Source: Planctomycetota bacterium
Lineage (GTDB): Bacteria; Planctomycetota; B15-G4; SIAN01
Direction of reading: 5' to 3'
Assembly: GCA_031409275.1 (NCBI GenBank)
Contig: JANNXA010000049.1
Coordinates: forward strand, 91,575 to 155,574
DNA length: 64,000 nt
The notes beneath the pieces are model-generated. The model did not search any database, was not told the origin of the DNA, and worked only from the letters and a program-made list of their open reading frames with translations. The position numbers were made by a program, and so were the translations under genes. Below are positions 58,666 to 64,000 of the stretch, one piece after another; positions within the stretch are counted from its first letter, which is position 1, and the number at the start of each line of letters is the position of its first letter.

Positions 58666-58793
58666 GCGACTCGGCGCGGGGGAAGACTTTTTTTCCCGCC
58701 GTCGCCGGCAGAGACCTTCATCCGCGGGTGGTCGCGGGCCGATGAGCGTTCCGGAACCGAGGCGACGGCGGGTCGCAGCGGCGGAGGCTCTTC

Positions 58794-59858
58794 ATGCTGA
58801 TCATGCGCGAGCTGCTCGAGCTCCTCGTCAAGCGAGGCGGCTCCGACCTGCACATCGCCGCCGGTTCACCGCCGAAGATGCGCGTGAACGGCGTGCTGAT
58901 CGACACCGAGTACGAGCCGCTCACCGGCGACGACACCAAGTCGATCGTCTACGGCGTCCTGTCCACCGAGCAGATCGCGCGCTTCGAGCGCGAACTCGAG
59001 CTCGACATCTCGTTCGGCCTGCCCGGCATCGGACGCTTCCGAACCAACGTCTTCGTGCAGCGCGGCTGCATCGGCGGCGTGCTGCGAGTGGTGCCGGAGC
59101 GCATCCGCAGCTTCGATGACCTCGGTCTGCCGCGCGACATCTGCGAGGAGCTGTGCAAGCTCCCGAAGGGGCTCGTGCTGGTCACCGGGTCGACCGGCTC
59201 GGGCAAGTCGACGACGCTCGCCGCGATGGTCGACTACCTGAACTCGTCGCGCCAGAACCACATCGTGACGATCGAGGACCCGATCGAGTTCGTCCACAAG
59301 CACAAGAAGTCGCTGGTCAACCAGCGCGAAGTCGGCCCCGACACGCACCAGTTCAAGACGGCGCTGCGCTCGGCGTTGCGCCAGGATCCCGACATCGTGC
59401 TCGTCGGCGAGATGCGCGACCTCGACACGATCGAGGCGGCGCTGAACATCTCCGAAACCGGCCACCTGACCTTCTCCACGCTGCACACCTCCGATGCGGT
59501 GCAGACGATCAGCCGCATCATCGACGTGTTCCCGGGCGGTCAGCAGGCGCAGATCCGGACCCAGCTGGCGTCGACGCTCTCCGCGGTCTTCAGCCAGCAG
59601 CTGCTGCCGCTCGCCAACGGGCGCGGCCGCGTGCTGGCGTGCGAGATCCTGCTGTGCAGCCCCGCCGTGCGCGCGCTGATCCGCGAGGACAAGGCGCATC
59701 AGATCTACAGCATCATCCAGACGTCGCGCAAACAGGGCATGCGAACGATGAACCAGTCCCTGTCCGACCTCTATCGCGCCAACCAGATCTCCTACGAGGA
59801 GACGTTGTCGCACTCTTCTGATCCCGCCGAGCTCGAGCGGCTGCTGCGGAGCAACTGA
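58794..59858 (+). CDS. pilT: Type IV pilus retraction ATPase PilT
   Basis: GSDLHI, GSTGSGKST, TIEDPIE, ALRQDPD..VGEMRD, STLHT, AVRALIRE. Confidence 0.95.
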   Translation: MLIMRELLELLVKRGGSDLHIAAGSPPKMRVNGVLIDTEYEPLTGDDTKSIVYGVLSTEQIARFERELELDISFGLPGIGRFRTNVFVQRGCIGGVLRVVPERIRSFDDLGLPRDICEELCKLPKGLVLVTGSTGSGKSTTLAAMVDYLNSSRQNHIVTIEDPIEFVHKHKKSLVNQREVGPDTHQFKTALRSALRQDPDIVLVGEMRDLDTIEAALNISETGHLTFSTLHTSDAVQTISRIIDVFPGGQQAQIRTQLASTLSAVFSQQLLPLANGRGRVLACEILLCSPAVRALIREDKAHQIYSIIQTSRKQGMRTMNQSLSDLYRANQISYEETLSHSSDPAELERLLRSN

Positions 59859-59862
59859 AGCG

Positions 59863-61575
59863 ATGTCGACATTCCATCGCAAGCTCCGCCAGATCCTGCT
59901 CAAGGGCGGCGCCGTCACCGAGGCGGCGTTCGACCAGGCAGCGACGCAGTGCGAGCAGGACCCGCAGCGCTCGATCACCGAGGTGCTGGTCAAGCAGGGC
60001 GTCGCCAAGTCCAAGGACCTGCTCGGACTGATCGCCAAGGAGATCGGCCTCACGCCGCTCGACCTTGGTCACGTCACGCCCGACGTCGATGCCAAGGAGT
60101 GGTTCAGCGAGGAGCTGGCCAAGAAGCACGGCGTCTGCCCGCTCAGCAAGATCGGCAACTGCATCACCGTCGCCATGTCGGATCCGTTCGACGTGGTCAA
60201 GATCGATCAGTTGCGGCTCGAGACGAAGAGCGACGTGCGTCCGGTGGTGGCGCTCGAAGAGTCGGTGAAAGAGGCGATCCAGCGCTGCTACGGGCCGGGC
60301 ACCTCGGAGATGGCCGAGCTGCTCGAGGGCATGCACGACGACGAGGTCGAGGTCAAGGCGAACGAGAGCGAGACGAACTCTCACGACATCACCAGCGAGA
60401 CGGAGTCGGCGCCGGCGGTGAAGCTGGTCAACGCGGTCGTCTACCAGGCGATCCGCGAGAAGGCGTCCGATATCCACATCGAGCCGTTCGAGAAAGAGGT
60501 CCGCATCCGCTTCCGCCAGGACGGGATGCTGAAAGAGGTCCTCTCGCCGCCGAAGCAAATGGCGACCGCGATCGTGTCGCGCATCAAGATCATGGCCGGC
60601 ATGGACATCGCCGAGCGGCGCAAGCCCCAGGACGGCAAGTTCCAGGTCAAGGTCGAGGGGCGGCAGATCGACTTCCGCGTGTCGGTGCTGCCGGTCGTTC
60701 ACGGCGAGAAGGTCGTGCTCCGCATCCTCGACCAGAGCAACCTCGCGCTGCAGCTCGAGTCGCTCGGCTTCGAGCCCAAGTGCCTCGAGGACTACCGCAA
60801 GAGCATCCGCGCGCCGTACGGGATGATCCTCATCACCGGGCCGACCGGCTCCGGAAAGTCGACGACGCTCTATTCGGCGCTCGGCGAGATCCACTCGCCG
60901 CACGTGAACATCGTGACGGTCGAGGACCCGGTCGAGTACCAGATCCACGGCGTCAATCAGGTGCCGGTCAATCCGAAGCGCGAGATGACCTTCGCGGCGG
61001 CCCTGCGCTCGATCCTGCGTCAGGACCCCAACATCATCCTGATCGGCGAGATTCGCGACAAAGAGACCATCGAGATCGCGACCAAGGCGGCGCTGACCGG
61101 CCACCTCGTCCTCTCCACGCTCCACACCAATGACGCGGTGTCGACGATCACCCGCATGATCGACATGGGACTCGACGCCTTCATGGTGTCGTCCTCGGTC
61201 CTGCTGATCTGCGCGCAGCGCCTCTGCCGCAAGCTCTGCGAGCAATGCAAGCAGCCGGTGCAGGTGCCGAGCGAGCGGCTCGTGTCGATGGGAGCGACCG
61301 CCGAAGAAGCGAAGGTCGCCACCCTGTTCGGCCCCAACGCCGAGGGCTGCGGGCGCTGCTCGAAGGGCTACAAAGGGCGATTCGCCGTGCTCGAGACCCT
61401 GCTTTTCACCGAGACGATCAAACGTCTCGTCGTCCAGAGTCGTCCGCTGCAAGAGATCACCGAAGCCGCCATCGCCGAGGGGATGGTGACGCTGCGACGT
61501 GCCGCCATGTTGAACGCGATGCGCGGCAAGACGTCGCTGGAAGAGGTCGTCCGAATCACTCTGGGCGGCCACTGA
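59863..61575 (+). CDS. pilB: Type IV pilus assembly ATPase PilB (GspE family)
   Basis: ASDIHIEP, DIAERRKPQDG, GPTGSGKST, LRQDPN, CEQC..CGRC zinc motif, GYKGR. Confidence 0.95.
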   Translation: MSTFHRKLRQILLKGGAVTEAAFDQAATQCEQDPQRSITEVLVKQGVAKSKDLLGLIAKEIGLTPLDLGHVTPDVDAKEWFSEELAKKHGVCPLSKIGNCITVAMSDPFDVVKIDQLRLETKSDVRPVVALEESVKEAIQRCYGPGTSEMAELLEGMHDDEVEVKANESETNSHDITSETESAPAVKLVNAVVYQAIREKASDIHIEPFEKEVRIRFRQDGMLKEVLSPPKQMATAIVSRIKIMAGMDIAERRKPQDGKFQVKVEGRQIDFRVSVLPVVHGEKVVLRILDQSNLALQLESLGFEPKCLEDYRKSIRAPYGMILITGPTGSGKSTTLYSALGEIHSPHVNIVTVEDPVEYQIHGVNQVPVNPKREMTFAAALRSILRQDPNIILIGEIRDKETIEIATKAALTGHLVLSTLHTNDAVSTITRMIDMGLDAFMVSSSVLLICAQRLCRKLCEQCKQPVQVPSERLVSMGATAEEAKVATLFGPNAEGCGRCSKGYKGRFAVLETLLFTETIKRLVVQSRPLQEITEAAIAEGMVTLRRAAMLNAMRGKTSLEEVVRITLGGH

Positions 61576-61597
61576 GCGCGAGACCACGGGAGCAGTC

Positions 61598-62839
61598 ATG
61601 CCGACATTCAAGTACGCCGCGAAGACCAACGACGGCAAGACCATCCGCGGGACGCTCGTCGCCGCTGCGGCGGGAGAGGTCGTCGGCGAGCTTCGCCGCA
61701 AGAACCTCGTCGTGCTCGATGTCGAGGAGACCAGCAAAACGGCGTCCTCCGAGAGCAGCAGCACGCCCGGCGGCCAGAAGATGGCGGCGAAGCCGGGCCG
61801 CGCGAAGAAGGACGAGCTCGTCATCTTCACGCGCCAGCTCTCGACCATGATCAGCGCCGGCATTCCGCTGCTCGAATCGCTCGACGTGCTGGCCCAGCAG
61901 ATCACCAACCCGGGCTTCGCCAAGACGCTGCGCGTGGTGACCGACGACGTGCGCGGCGGTTCCGACTTCAGCACCGCGCTGTCGAATCACCCGAAGGTCT
62001 TCGAAGAGATCTACGTCAGCATGGTCAAGGCTGGCGAGGTGTCGGGTCAGCTCGACGAGATCCTGGTGCGACTCGCCGAGTACCAGGAAGCGTCGGCCAA
62101 GCTCAAGCGCGAAATCAAGGCGGCGATGACCTACCCGGTCATCTCGCTGGCGATGGTGCTCGGCATCACGATGTTCCTCATGATCGGGATCGTGCCGCAG
62201 TTCCGGCCGATCTTCGAGTCGCTCGAGATCGACCTCCCGGCGCTCACCGCGGCCGTGCTCGGCTGCTCGCAGTGGCTGGTGCACAACTGGCTGATCGCGT
62301 TCGCCATCGGAGCGGCTGCCTACACCGGCCTCGTGATCTTCAAGCGCAGCGAGCCGGGCGCGTACGCACTCGATTGGTTCTGGCTGAAGATGCCGGTGTT
62401 CGGCCCCCTGTTCCAGAAGGTCGCGCTGTCGCGCTTCTCGCGGACCTTCTCGACGCTGCTGCGCTCCGGCGTGCCGATCCTCGGTGCGCTCGAGATCGTC
62501 GCCGAGACGTCAGGCAACCGCATCATCTCGCGCGCCGTGCTCGCCGCGCGCGATTCCGTGCGCAACGGCAACACGCTCACCGAACCGCTCGACCACAGCC
62601 CGGTCTTCCCGCCGATGGTCACTCGCATGATCTCGATCGGCGAGAAGTCGGGATCGCTCGAGCAGCTGCTCGAGAAGATCTCGGTCTTCTACGACGAGCA
62701 GGTCTCGGCGGCGGTGAAGAGCCTCACCTCGATGATCGAACCGCTGCTGATCGGCCTCATGGGCGGACTGGTCGGAACCATCGTGTTCGCCGTCTTCCTG
62801 CCGATCTTCGAGATCCAGAAAAAACTTTCCGGCGGTTGA
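61598..62839 (+). CDS. pilC: Type IV pilus platform protein PilC (GspF family)
   Basis: FTRQLSTMISAGIPL, AGEVSGQL, AMTYP, GEKSGSL, IEPLL, FLPIF. Confidence 0.95.
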   Translation: MPTFKYAAKTNDGKTIRGTLVAAAAGEVVGELRRKNLVVLDVEETSKTASSESSSTPGGQKMAAKPGRAKKDELVIFTRQLSTMISAGIPLLESLDVLAQQITNPGFAKTLRVVTDDVRGGSDFSTALSNHPKVFEEIYVSMVKAGEVSGQLDEILVRLAEYQEASAKLKREIKAAMTYPVISLAMVLGITMFLMIGIVPQFRPIFESLEIDLPALTAAVLGCSQWLVHNWLIAFAIGAAAYTGLVIFKRSEPGAYALDWFWLKMPVFGPLFQKVALSRFSRTFSTLLRSGVPILGALEIVAETSGNRIISRAVLAARDSVRNGNTLTEPLDHSPVFPPMVTRMISIGEKSGSLEQLLEKISVFYDEQVSAAVKSLTSMIEPLLIGLMGGLVGTIVFAVFLPIFEIQKKLSGG

Positions 62840-63017
62840 TGATCGGCAACGCGTGGGTGGCCTCAAGTCGTGTGGTGACGCGGCCGAAAAATGGGAAGCG
62901 CGTCCGGGCGGTCCGGGCGCGTTGGACGCGGGAAGGTTGCTACGACGAGGGAGGTCACGCCTGCGGGGCGTCCTTCTGAGTGCCTTCTGGGCTTGGACAT
63001 TCGAACAGGAGTCAAAG

Positions 63018-63725
63018 GTGAAGAACTCGAAGGGTTTCACGTTGATCGAGTTGATGATCGTCGTTGCGATCATCGCGATCATCGCGTCGATCGCGATCCC
63101 GAACCTGCTCTCGGCTCGCCTCTCGGCGAACGAGTCGGCGGCGATCGCGACGTTGCGCAACGTCGTTTCGGCGGAGTCTCAGATCCAGTCGCAGGGCGCC
63201 ATCGACACCGACGTCGACGGCATCGGCGAGCACGGCTGGTTCGCGGAGATGGCGGGTTCGATCAACATGCGTGACAGCACGGGCCCCAACGGCGGTCCGA
63301 TCATGAACCCGCCGGTCCTCTCCGGCTCGCTGTCCGTGGTGAGCGCGGCCGGCTACGTGAACAAGTCGGGCTACCTGTTCGGAATCTTCCTCCCGGACGC
63401 CGCGGGCGCGGGCCTCGTTGAGGCGGGCGGCGGTGGTTCGCCGACCGCCGAGGATGCCGACACCTGCGAGACGACCTGGTGCTGCTACGCCTGGCCAGCC
63501 GCGTTCAGCAACACGGGCAACCGGGCGTTCGTGGTCAACCAGACCGGCGACGTGCTGCAGACCAACAACCTGAACGGCCCCGCCAACTACTCCTCGACCA
63601 CGAGCACGCCGGCCGATGACTCGGCCTTCGTGACGACGGCCGCGGGCACCATCACCGGTGCGCTCTCGATCGGCAACCTGCCGGTCGCGGCGAACGACGG
63701 CAATACGTGGGTCGTGCTGAACTGA
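63018..63725 (+). CDS. Type IV prepilin (probable major pilin) with DUF2950-like C-terminal motif
   Basis: AGGAG RBS, GTG; class III signal KG/FTLIELMIVVAIIAII, IPNL, ANESAA; YAWPAAFSNTGNRAFVVNQTGDV. Confidence 0.9.
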   Translation: MKNSKGFTLIELMIVVAIIAIIASIAIPNLLSARLSANESAAIATLRNVVSAESQIQSQGAIDTDVDGIGEHGWFAEMAGSINMRDSTGPNGGPIMNPPVLSGSLSVVSAAGYVNKSGYLFGIFLPDAAGAGLVEAGGGGSPTAEDADTCETTWCCYAWPAAFSNTGNRAFVVNQTGDVLQTNNLNGPANYSSTTSTPADDSAFVTTAAGTITGALSIGNLPVAANDGNTWVVLN

Positions 63726-63784
63726 CGAACGCCTCCGCAGGCGAGTCGCCGGCCCCTGGCCGCAACTCGCGTGACCTGAACTGA

Positions 63785-63827
63785 GCGCGGGCCCGAGGGG
63801 ATGATCCCCCTCGGGCCCGCGCCTTTT
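63785..63827 (+). terminator. Strong Rho-independent terminator after the pilin gene
   Basis: Perfect 16-bp stem GCGCGGGCCCGAGGGG/CCCCTCGGGCCCGCGC followed by CTTTT. Confidence 0.9.
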
Positions 63828-64000
63828 CCGTTTCGGTCGGCTTCGAGCGGTCGCGCGTTAGAGCGCCTAACAGAATGGACGCGTCGCGCCGAGACCGAGC
63901 GAGGCCGCCCAGGGCGAGGAGACCGAAGCAGGCGACTCTGAAGAGTCGCCGATGGAGGTCGACGAAGTCATGGGTGGCCGCAGCCGGTCGAACGCAGCGG

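Noticed and set aside
62840..63017. Sigma-54 promoter for the pilin (TTGGACGCGGGAAGGTTGCT)
   Set aside because: GG-to-GC spacing does not fit the strict GG-N10-GC rule.
63830..64000. Start of a further gene (GGAGG near 63953, ATG near 63970)
   Set aside because: Only about 10 codons are visible before the window ends, so it cannot be supported.

Overview
High-GC bacterial chromosomal segment with no mobile element, prophage or CRISPR array visible. Gene content suggests Planctomycetota, but that is inference and unverified. There are four blocks. (1) 1.6-32.4 kb: a large cell-surface glycan locus. It has a Wzm/Wzt ABC exporter, five soluble GT2, four Cys-motif GT4, two PIG-L deacetylases, a GNAT and an FG-GAP repeat protein. 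It also has two polyprenol-phosphate glycosyltransferases, two large YfhO-like (GT-C type) membrane proteins, two SAM methyltransferases, an FAD oxidoreductase, an embedded hybrid histidine kinase and a signal peptidase I. (2) 32.5-38.0 kb: prkA/yeaG-DUF444-spoVR-rhomboid. (3) 38.0-45.6 kb: a 25-aa Lys-rich small ORF on the minus strand, then tRNA-Arg(ACG)-tadA-tRNA-Ser x2-SRP RNA-dnaX-ybaB-recR-rpoN-truA/hpf (one open frame)-HPr. (4) 45.8-63.8 kb: a type IV pilus system (pilM, pilN, extended pilO, secretin, two PilT-family ATPases, GspC-like PDZ protein, pilD, pilB, pilC, large pilin) interleaved with rplU-rpmA-obgE and coaX. The most notable oddities are the glycan locus architecture, the stop-less truA-hpf fusion, the tiny basic ORF, an SRP RNA with a non-GNRA loop, HPr lacking Ser46, T2SS-like parts in the pilus cluster, and structured leaders in front of pilus genes. 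All calls come from reading motifs by eye; no database searches were run.
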